NCBI GenBank assembly: GCA_964474495.1
Contig: CAYYTN010000001.1
Span: 14,740 to 49,787 of the forward strand
Direction of reading: 5' to 3'
DNA length: 35,048 bases
Source of the DNA: an uncultured Chloroflexota bacterium
Lineage (GTDB): Bacteria; Chloroflexota; UBA11872; VXNJ01
Shown piece by piece: positions 1-7,071 of this stretch. The translations under genes and the position numbers were made by a program. Below the pieces are notes generated by a model that was given only the letters and a program-made list of their open reading frames with translations, was not told where the DNA came from and did not search any database. Position 1 is the stretch's first letter, and each line of letters opens with the position of its first letter.

Positions 1-731
1 GGCACGGGCAACGTCCGTGCCCAGCGGAACCCGACAGGCCGATCGCCGTCGGGGAGGGCCCGAGGAAACCATCGGGCCCGGGTGGTAAGCAAAGGCCAGG
101 CGAGGAGAGCCCAGGCTAACGCGGGGTATGTCCAAGTGGCATGACCCAACGCCAGCACGCTCAGACTTAGAGCGAGCAGCAAGTGGCGAAGCAGCGAAGC
201 CTTTCTTGCGCAGAGCATGAACATCCAGAACGACAACGCCACCGCGATCATGGTCTGCCCATCGGACCAGCCGTTCAGGCCGAACCACGACGCCACAGGG
301 TCAAAAATGACGAAGGCCCCGGTCAGCACCCCGCCTACAAGGCGGCCGGTAGCCATATACACCGTATGGGCGGCGATAGGGGCGATCAGCGCGCTGCTAA
401 CGACGAGAAACCAGGCCCAGACTTGAAACCCAAGTTGGATGCCGAACACCTTGAACAGGAGGGCCTGCAAAGGTACGAACATCAGACCCTCGCCGCGGTA
501 GCTCAGGGCAGAGACGTCACCGTCCGCCAAACGCAGGGCTTTGCTGATCCAGACAGCATCGGAATAGCCCCAACCCGCACCGTCCCACCAGGCTGCGTAG
601 TCAAGCCTGACAAATGCGGCCGCACGAATCAGCAGGGCCGCCGCGAACAGGCCGATTAGCAAGAGACTGAGCGGGGACCGAAAGGCGACGCGAAACCTTG
701 TTGCCAGGGAAGCCAACTGGCCGGTCGTCAC
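1..731 (-). CDS. GT-C fold membrane glycosyltransferase (PMT_2/ArnT-like), N-terminal ~243 codons only; the 3' end lies beyond the window start
   Basis: Absent from the ORF track because it runs off the window. The reverse frame with codon high ends at 731, 728 and so on is open from 731 down to position 3. GTG at 731..729 overlaps the TGA stop of the upstream gene (GTGA); an alternative TTG is at 716. Translation: VTTGQLASLATRFRVAFRSPLSLLLIGLFAAALLIRAAAFVRLDYAAWWDGAGWGYSDAVWISKALRLADGD...GLMFVPLQALLFKVFG...APIAAHTVYMATGRLVGGVLTGAFVIFDP... It shows successive hydrophobic helices and an acidic first loop, as in PMT_2/ArnT-type enzymes. Confidence 0.6.
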   Translation of the reverse strand, partial: MTTGQLASLATRFRVAFRSPLSLLLIGLFAAALLIRAAAFVRLDYAAWWDGAGWGYSDAVWISKALRLADGDVSALSYRGEGLMFVPLQALLFKVFGIQLGFQVWAWFLVVSSALIAPIAAHTVYMATGRLVGGVLTGAFVIFDPVASWFGLNGWSDGQTMIAVALSFWMFMLCARKASLLRHLLLALSLSVLALGHATWTYPALAWALLAWPLLTTRARWFPRALPDGDRPVGFRWARTLPV

Positions 732-2065
732 GGCGACTGAGTCGAATCTCGCCTGGTCAGGCGAAGTAACAGGCTGCCGATCGCAACCACGCTCCATGCG
801 ATCCCCGCCATTTTAGGAAGACGGACTGTATGGATGCGTTCGAGGACGTCGAAGTTGCCGGCGAAGGGAATGTGGTCTTTCAGAACCGGTATGCCTACGT
901 GTCGGGCATTTGGCCCTTCCAGGATGTGGGCAGCTAGCGCGATCAATGTGAGAGTGATGGCGAAGAATACTGCAACCGCCAACAAGATCTCGCGGTTCCC
1001 TCCGAACAGTCGGCGGACATCCAGGTAGATGTCCTGCAAGATGTCTGCCCAGTACTTAATCATCATGCGACTGGCGGCCCTGTACATAATCATGCGACTG
1101 GCGACCCCTCCGAGGTGCTTCTTAACCCCCACTCGTGGCATGGAAAAGTGTGCAGTTATGTACGGTGCTAGATACTTGTCGTGCAAGAAGCGGCTAAATT
1201 GTCCCCCCAGGGCCAGCAACCAGACGGCGATCCCCGTGAGGACCATTATCCTGGCCCATTCTCCCCAGAATTCTGCCTCCAACTCAGGCAGGATTCGGGA
1301 ACCGGCCCGGTGGAACCTGACGGCGAGGACGAGGAGAGTGACCGATAGACCAAGCAGATACGGGGAGTGATGCCGCCAAACTCGCGAACCGTGCCGCGGA
1401 GTCAGCTTTGCAAAGAAGTAGCCTACAACGAGGGCCAGGACCGAAATTGCCACAACAATTCCTGGTACACCGACTGGAAAGCTCGATACCACTACCCGAA
1501 TAACGTCAGTTCGTTGAACGGTGCGCCATGGGCGGATAGCGACATCAATGTGATCTCCGGTAGGGATACCGTTGGTGACGGCGCCACCGGGTAGCAGATC
1601 GGTAAGTGAGGCCATGACGTAGATCGGTGTCTGCACCGAGTCTCCGACCACTATCTGCAGACTAAGCCGCCGACCCTCAACGTCCGAGATGGGAGCGAAG
1701 TCCCAGCGTGCCGAGGCAATATCCGGTCCTACTACCGCATCCAGGTTCCCCTGCCGCAGTAGGGAACCGGCCTCGTACAAGCGAATGACAAGCGCCACCG
1801 GCAGTTCGCGGGCGGAGTCGGCCTGGATAAAGAATTCGAGCCCCGTGAGATAGGTACCTTCCCCCTCGAACTGCTGCTCTACGGAGCCACCGGGAGCCAG
1901 TGGCCCGATGGCGAAGATTGGCTCGGGAACAGTGGCATTGAGCGGGGCGTTCCACGAAAGAGTCCAGAGCAGAACGGCAGTGACCATGCTGGTGCCAATG
2001 ACGGCGGCGTAGGCGACCAGGTAGAACGGGCGGAGGGATCGTCGATGTGGTTGCGAATCGAGCAT
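728..2065 (-). CDS. Polytopic membrane protein of unrecognised family (paralog A of three): N-terminal anchor, ~140-aa non-membrane domain, ~5 C-terminal helices
   Basis: 445-aa ORF with an ATG start. TM anchor FYLVAYAAVIGTSMVTAVLLWTL. The domain carries GPLAPGGSVEQQF, YLTGLEFFI, LVIRLYEAG and PISDVEGRRLSLQIVV, followed by hydrophobic helices. The stop overlaps the GTG of the next gene. The opposite-strand ORFs here are Arg/Pro-rich shadows. Confidence 0.75.
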   Translation of the reverse strand: MLDSQPHRRSLRPFYLVAYAAVIGTSMVTAVLLWTLSWNAPLNATVPEPIFAIGPLAPGGSVEQQFEGEGTYLTGLEFFIQADSARELPVALVIRLYEAGSLLRQGNLDAVVGPDIASARWDFAPISDVEGRRLSLQIVVGDSVQTPIYVMASLTDLLPGGAVTNGIPTGDHIDVAIRPWRTVQRTDVIRVVVSSFPVGVPGIVVAISVLALVVGYFFAKLTPRHGSRVWRHHSPYLLGLSVTLLVLAVRFHRAGSRILPELEAEFWGEWARIMVLTGIAVWLLALGGQFSRFLHDKYLAPYITAHFSMPRVGVKKHLGGVASRMIMYRAASRMMIKYWADILQDIYLDVRRLFGGNREILLAVAVFFAITLTLIALAAHILEGPNARHVGIPVLKDHIPFAGNFDVLERIHTVRLPKMAGIAWSVVAIGSLLLRLTRRDSTQSP

Positions 2066-2071
2066 CGGCGC

Positions 2072-2077
2072 ATTCTA
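2072..2077 (-). promoter_or_regulatory. Candidate -10 box TAGAAT placed 6 nt upstream of the ATG at 2065 (leaderless geometry)
   Basis: The minus strand reads GCGGC-TAGAAT-GCGCCG-ATG. There is no Shine-Dalgarno in the 6-nt spacer. It fits the TANNNT / TAGRRT -10 consensus of high-GC Gram-positive bacteria. No convincing -35. Confidence 0.35.
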
Positions 2078-2080
2078 GCC

Positions 2081-2092
2081 GCATCCGGATGC
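2081..2092. repeat. Perfect 12-bp palindrome GCATCCGGATGC immediately upstream of the candidate -10 (possible operator)
   Basis: Read directly from the sequence. It lies in the -35/spacer zone of the putative promoter for 728..2065, within the 476-bp divergent intergenic region. Confidence 0.3.
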
Positions 2093-2173
2093 CCCGGACA
2101 GATGCAGGCTCCGTTGCCATTGCGGTAAGGACCATGCAATGAGGCACCGGGCAGGCCCGGCACCGCCGAGGCG

Positions 2174-2187
2174 CCGTCATTTGACGG
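2174..2187. repeat. Palindrome CCGTCA-TT-TGACGG (6+6 with a 2-nt centre) in the divergent intergenic region
   Basis: Read directly from the sequence. The function is unknown. A 2-nt centre argues for a protein-binding site rather than an RNA hairpin. Confidence 0.25.
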
Positions 2188-2541
2188 CAATGGTCGGGTA
2201 CTTTGGCAGTCGAGGCCCAAGCGGCAATGTGCCGCACCCGGGTCGCTTCAGGTGGAGCGCCGTTCGCGAGTAGACGAACCTCCGGTTACCGGGGGGTAGC
2301 GCGATTTCAGGGGCCCGATCGAGATTGATTCCGATCCCTCTCACGGTGGGCGCTGTCGGAAGTCGTGTCCCCCGGGGGTTGTGGCTCTGCGAAGAGCCAG
2401 CGTTCCACGGCGATTGCCAGCGCCGGGTGGCCTCGTAGTCGAGGAACGATGCCAGGGGGGCGGCCGATGGGGAGGGTGCGGTCCCGCCCCGCCTTCGCTC
2501 GCGATTGACTAGGCTATGGACGGCAATCAGTCTAATGGGAG

Positions 2542-4113
2542 ATGTTCTTGGTAAAGGGACAATCGGGCTACGCGCAAATTGGTCCTGCCGGCCCAATCTC
2601 GGCCCGGACGGACTCGGTAGCAGCGTTCTTCGATGAGGCGTTGCCATCGCTTGACGGTTGGTGGCGGAGAAACGGCGGTTACCACGACGCGGTAACCGAG
2701 TTGCACCAGCGCCTGATTCCGGCCGGAAAATCCGTCCTCGAAGTTGGCTGTTCGCTCGGCAATCTTTTGGCGGCGGTGCAGCCCCGGCTCGGCGTGGGGG
2801 TGGATTTGAGCCAGATGACCATTCGCGAGGCGGGGCGGCACCACCCAGAACTCCGATTTGTAATTGGAGACGCGCATTCGCTCCCGGTCAGCGGCGAATT
2901 CGACTACGTGATTCTGCAGGACCTGGTGGGTCACCTGGAGGACATCCTGGCGGCCCTGCGCTCGCTGAGGGCGGTGATTGGTCAGGACAGTCGAGTGGTG
3001 CTGAGTTACTACAACTTTGTCTGGTCGCCGATCCTGTCGCTGGCGGAGAGGCTGGGGCAGAAGATGGAACTGCCTCGCCAGAACTGGCTGAGCATGAATG
3101 ATCTTCGCGGGTTGCTGGACCTGGCGGGTTTCGAGGTTGAGGATCAGGGAACGGAACTGCTGTTGCCCCGCCAGATACCGGGCGTCAGCAGTTTCGTGAA
3201 CCGCCACTTGGCGCATCTGCCGCTGCTTCGGCACCTGTGCCTCCTGGAGTATTTCGTCGCCCGGCCAAAGCCGTTGCCGGCCGGTAAGGACCAGACGGTT
3301 TCGGTCGTGGTTGCATGCCGCAACGAGGTGGACAATGTTGCCGAGTGCGTCCGTCGGACCCCGGAAATCGGGGCGGGGACGGAGCTCATCTTTGTTGACG
3401 GGGCATCGACGGACGGTACATGGGACCTGCTCAAGCGGATCAGGGACGCGGAGCGGGGCCGGCGCGACATCAAACTAATAGAGCAGGTGCCAGGATTCGA
3501 TTATGAATCGTCGGAGAATAGTGTGCCATCCGGCTCGGACGGGATGCTGGCGCTGGGCAAGGGCGACGCGGTACGCAAGGGGTTTGCCGCGGCAACGGGA
3601 GATATTTTGATGATTCTCGACGCCGACATGACGGTGGCGCCGGAGGATCTTCCGAAGTTCTACTACCCGCTACGAGACAGTCAGGCGGACTTTGTGAACG
3701 GAGTGCGGCTTGTCTATCCGATCGAGCGGGAGGCCTTTCGCCCGGTCAATTTCCTGGGCAACAAGCTCTTCAGCATGGTGTTCTCACGGATTCTTGGGCA
3801 GCCGGTGAAGGACACGCTCTGCGGCACGAAGGCTTTGCGTCGCGACAGCTATGAGAGATTGGCAGCGGGGCGTGAACACTTCGGTGAGTTCGATCCTTTT
3901 GGGGACTTTGACTTGCTGTTTGGGGCAGCGAGACTGGGTTTGCGAATCGTAGATATGCCCGTTCGGTACTACCGAAGAGTCGCCGGCTACACGAAGGTCT
4001 CGGTGTTGCGCCACGGACCTTTGCTGGGCGCGATGACGCTGGTGGGCTTTCGCAAGCTCATGTGGCCACGCTGGTCGGGACGACTGCGGGGCTTGTTTGG
4101 CGGCGGCGGATAG
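2542..4113 (+). CDS. Bifunctional fusion: class I SAM-dependent methyltransferase (N-terminal) plus family 2 glycosyltransferase (C-terminal)
   Basis: 523-aa ORF. MTase motifs are VLEVGCSLGNLL (motif I), ILQDLVGHLEDI and VVLSYYN. GT2 motifs are VSVVVACRNE, ELIFVDGASTDGT, ILMILDADM (DxD) and LCGTKALRR. GGGAG abuts the ATG at 2542, so the TTG at 2548 is an alternative start. Confidence 0.85.
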   Translation: MFLVKGQSGYAQIGPAGPISARTDSVAAFFDEALPSLDGWWRRNGGYHDAVTELHQRLIPAGKSVLEVGCSLGNLLAAVQPRLGVGVDLSQMTIREAGRHHPELRFVIGDAHSLPVSGEFDYVILQDLVGHLEDILAALRSLRAVIGQDSRVVLSYYNFVWSPILSLAERLGQKMELPRQNWLSMNDLRGLLDLAGFEVEDQGTELLLPRQIPGVSSFVNRHLAHLPLLRHLCLLEYFVARPKPLPAGKDQTVSVVVACRNEVDNVAECVRRTPEIGAGTELIFVDGASTDGTWDLLKRIRDAERGRRDIKLIEQVPGFDYESSENSVPSGSDGMLALGKGDAVRKGFAAATGDILMILDADMTVAPEDLPKFYYPLRDSQADFVNGVRLVYPIEREAFRPVNFLGNKLFSMVFSRILGQPVKDTLCGTKALRRDSYERLAAGREHFGEFDPFGDFDLLFGAARLGLRIVDMPVRYYRRVAGYTKVSVLRHGPLLGAMTLVGFRKLMWPRWSGRLRGLFGGGG

Positions 4114-4298
4114 GACCGACGCGGTACTAAGTTTGACTAGGTGCAGTATTCTGGCAGGCGCTGTCGGCGCAGAAGATGGACGGTTGTCGGCTTCTGAGGA
4201 CGGGTTCTAATTTTGCGGGCATCATGCTCGCCGATGGATCTTTCCGCTCCGGCAGGCAGCTACGGAATCTCGCACCGGGTCAAGGGGCCGCTCGCACG

Positions 4299-5246
4299 AT
4301 GAAAACCGATTTCTGGCGGGACAAGTCGGTGCTGGTGACCGGCGGGTCCGGTTTCCTGGGATCGCGACTGGTTCGGATGCTGGAGGGTCGGGGACCGGGC
4401 AGGGTAGTGGTCCCCCGCTCAGCAGATCACGATTTGCGCACACGTGAAGAATGCGGCGCTGTAGTTGCGGATATGGACATTGTGATCCATCTGGCGGCAC
4501 AGGTGGGTGGCATTGGACTCAATCGAGAAGTTCCCGGCGAACTGTTCTACTCAAACCTGATGATGGGTACGCAGTTGATGGAAGAAGCGCGACTGGCCGG
4601 TGTCGGCAAGTTCGTGGGGATTGGAACGATTTGCAGCTACCCGAAACATACGCCGACGCCGTTCAGGGAGGCCGATCTCTGGAAGGGTTATCCAGAGGAG
4701 ACCAATGCTCCGTATGGATTGGCAAAGATAATGCTGCTCGTTCAGGGGCAGGCGTACCGGCAGCAGTACGGGTTCAAGTCGATCTACCTGATGCCGACGA
4801 ACCTTTACGGGCCGGGCGACAACTTCGACCCTGACTCGTCGCACGTGATACCGGCGCTGATCAAAAGGGTCCTTGATGCGATGGACGCCGGAGAGGAGGA
4901 GGTGGTTGTGTGGGGCACCGGGACGGCGACCAGGGACTTTCTGTACGTCGATGACGCCGCCGCCGGCATTCTGAGCGCCACGGAGCGATACGACGGAGAA
5001 GCGCCGCTGAACCTGGGATCGGGCTCGGAGATCGGCATCAGAGAGCTTGCCGAGTTGATTGTGGAGCTCTGTGGGTACCGGGGGAGGCTTATCTGGGACG
5101 CGAGCAAGCCCGATGGGCAACCACGACGCATGATCGACTCGACGCGGGCACGAGAGGCGATCGACTTTGTGGCGACTACGAGTTTTCGGGACGGGCTCAA
5201 GGAGACTGTTGAGTGGTATTTGCGGCGGCGGGGGCACGGGGGCTGA
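4299..5246 (+). CDS. fcl: GDP-L-fucose synthase (GDP-4-keto-6-deoxy-D-mannose 3,5-epimerase/4-reductase)
   Basis: Colinear with E. coli Fcl: [21 protein letters not shown] (YxxxK), [53 protein letters not shown] moved the start from the track's 4176 to ATG 4299, which lies 11 aa before GxxGxxG. The 41 upstream codons are Arg/Gly-rich and not protein-like. Confidence 0.85.
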   Translation: MKTDFWRDKSVLVTGGSGFLGSRLVRMLEGRGPGRVVVPRSADHDLRTREECGAVVADMDIVIHLAAQVGGIGLNREVPGELFYSNLMMGTQLMEEARLAGVGKFVGIGTICSYPKHTPTPFREADLWKGYPEETNAPYGLAKIMLLVQGQAYRQQYGFKSIYLMPTNLYGPGDNFDPDSSHVIPALIKRVLDAMDAGEEEVVVWGTGTATRDFLYVDDAAAGILSATERYDGEAPLNLGSGSEIGIRELAELIVELCGYRGRLIWDASKPDGQPRRMIDSTRAREAIDFVATTSFRDGLKETVEWYLRRRGHGG

Positions 5247-5319
5247 AATTCCGCGGGATTCCGCAGGCGTTCGATACGGCAAAGGCACCGAGAGGCCATG
5301 GAGCGCGGCGGAACTCCAC

Positions 5320-5325
5320 TAGAAT
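5320..5325 (+). promoter_or_regulatory. Candidate -10 box TAGAAT, 74 nt upstream of the carbamoyltransferase start
   Basis: Exact TAGAAT in the 153-bp gap between fcl and 5400..7067, on the strand of the downstream genes. There is no clear -35. Confidence 0.3.
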
Positions 5326-5399
5326 GGCAGCCGTTCCACCTTTGGCCCCCCTCCCGGTCGGTAAACGGATTCGGTGGAAGGCTCTGAGGAGAAGACTGC

Positions 5400-7067
5400 T
5401 TGAACGTGCTCGGACTGACGGCCACGATTTCCTGGAATACGGCCGCGGCGCTTATTCAAGATGGGAGGGTGGTGGCCGCGGCGGAGGAGGAGCGATTCAA
5501 CCGGGTCAAACAGGCTCCCCGGATGCCGCCGGTGCAGTCGGCTGAATTCTGCCTCAAGTTCGCGGGACTAACGGCCACGGATATCGACTATGTGGCGGTG
5601 GGGTTTGCGGCGCCGTCTCGATATGCGTTCTTGCGCGCGATTGGCACGCTTCGAGACCTGGAATTTGAGAACTTCCTCCACACGTTTCCTTCCCTCGGTG
5701 AGTACTTGATTCAGCAGTACAAGTTGCGCCGCGATCTGGAGGAAGCGATTCCCGGTATCACCGGCAGGCCCTGGGTCTACGTACGCCACCATGTTGCCCA
5801 TGCCGCCAGCGCGTTGTACGCCTCGGGTTTTACCGAAGCCAGCGTTCTGACGATTGACGGTAATGGTGAGAATGACAGCGGGTTGCTGGGAGTGGCCGAG
5901 GGCGGCAAGCTGAAGGTTCTGGGGCGCAAGCTGGCTCCGGAGTCGCTGGGGGGCCTGTACAGCAACGCCACCCATCAACTCGGGTTTGTGCGCCATGTCG
6001 AAGAAGGTAAGACCATGGGACTGGCGGCGTACGGCGAGCCCGTTATCGAAATAGAGGGGCTTCGCGTTGGAAGTGATTCCTACGAGATGGATCGTCGCTT
6101 CCTGATCTCAGGATTCTGGGAAGGTCTGGGGGAACCGCGTCGGTCCGGTGAGGAAATCACCGACGGGCATAAGGATCTCGCGTCGAGCGTCCAGAATGCC
6201 CTTGAAGAGGCCGGAAAGGCCTTGGCGCGCGGTCTGTACGAGGCCACCGGAAAACGAGCACTCTGCCTGGCCGGCGGGGTGGTTCTCAACTGCGACATGA
6301 ACGCCAAGATTCTGGGGCTCGATTGCGTGGACGATGTTTTCATTCAGCCAGCGGCGCACGATGCGGGGACGGCACTGGGTGCGGCGCTGGAGGTGGCTGC
6401 CCGGCACGGAGATCCGACGAACTTTGTCATGGAGCATGCATACTGGGGTCCGGAATACGGCAGCGAAGAGATACAGGCGTTCCTTGACGAGGCAAAAGTT
6501 GCGTATTCGCGTCCTCCTGACATTGAGCAGGCCGTGGCGGAGCGGCTGGCCGCGGGGGATATCGTGGGCTGGTTCCAGGGACGGATGGAGATTGGCCCGC
6601 GAGCCCTGGGGGGACGGAGCATCCTGGCGAACCCGGCGATGCCCGAGATGAAGGACAAAGTGAACGCCGAGGTGAAACACCGTGAGGGCTGGCGGCCGTT
6701 CGCTCCTTCCATCCTTGAAGAAGAAGCCTCGAAGCTTGTATTCGATTCGTATCCGTCGCCGTTCATGCTGCTCACCTTCACCGTGAGACCGGAATGGCGC
6801 GAGCAACTCGTTGCGTCGATGCACGTAGACAACACGGTGCGCTCGCAGACGGTCTCAAAGAAGACCAACCCGCGATATCACGGCATGATCAGTAAGTTTT
6901 ACGAAATCACCGGCGTGCCGGCGGTGCTGAATACGTCGTTCAACGATCGTGGCGAACCGATCGTTATGACACCGCAGGACGCGGTGCGGTGCTTCTCGAG
7001 CACGGGCCTGGATCACCTGGCTGTCGGCGACTTTCTGATTTCAAAAGAGCGCGGAGACACCGGCTAG
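5400..7067 (+). CDS. NodU/CmcH-family carbamoyltransferase
   Basis: 555 aa. N-terminus LGLTATISWNTAAALIQDGRVVAAAEEERFNRVK. Further motifs are RHHVAHAASA, GRMEIGPRALGGRSILANP, WRPFAPS and NTSFNDRGEPIV. TTG start at 5400, preceded by GAGGAG (5386..5391) at 8-nt spacing. Confidence 0.9.
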   Translation: MNVLGLTATISWNTAAALIQDGRVVAAAEEERFNRVKQAPRMPPVQSAEFCLKFAGLTATDIDYVAVGFAAPSRYAFLRAIGTLRDLEFENFLHTFPSLGEYLIQQYKLRRDLEEAIPGITGRPWVYVRHHVAHAASALYASGFTEASVLTIDGNGENDSGLLGVAEGGKLKVLGRKLAPESLGGLYSNATHQLGFVRHVEEGKTMGLAAYGEPVIEIEGLRVGSDSYEMDRRFLISGFWEGLGEPRRSGEEITDGHKDLASSVQNALEEAGKALARGLYEATGKRALCLAGGVVLNCDMNAKILGLDCVDDVFIQPAAHDAGTALGAALEVAARHGDPTNFVMEHAYWGPEYGSEEIQAFLDEAKVAYSRPPDIEQAVAERLAAGDIVGWFQGRMEIGPRALGGRSILANPAMPEMKDKVNAEVKHREGWRPFAPSILEEEASKLVFDSYPSPFMLLTFTVRPEWREQLVASMHVDNTVRSQTVSKKTNPRYHGMISKFYEITGVPAVLNTSFNDRGEPIVMTPQDAVRCFSSTGLDHLAVGDFLISKERGDTG

Positions 7068-7071
7068 CGTC

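Noticed and set aside
183-659. Plus-strand ORFs 183..659 (158 aa) and 217..426 (69 aa) from the track
   Set aside because: Their translations are Arg/His/Gln/Pro-rich and not protein-like. The opposite strand encodes a coherent helix-rich GT-C N-terminus that is open across the whole region, so these are antisense shadow ORFs typical of high-GC DNA.
2505-2513. The 9-mer TTGACTAGG present at both 2505..2513 and 4133..4141, considered as a shared promoter or operator
   Set aside because: A repeated 9-mer is expected by chance at this scale. In neither case is there a -10-like hexamer at a 16-19 nt spacing from the TTGACT.
2177-3234. Minus-strand ORFs 2177..2647 and 2527..3234
   Set aside because: They are Arg/Pro/Gln-rich with no motifs. 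2527..3234 lies antisense to the well-supported methyltransferase-GT2 gene. 2177..2647 spans the intergenic region with no protein-like features.
4176-4298. N-terminal 41-codon extension of fcl given by the track
   Set aside because: The extension ([41 protein letters not shown]) has no counterpart in Fcl proteins. ATG 4299 places the GxxGxxG loop at the usual distance from the N-terminus.
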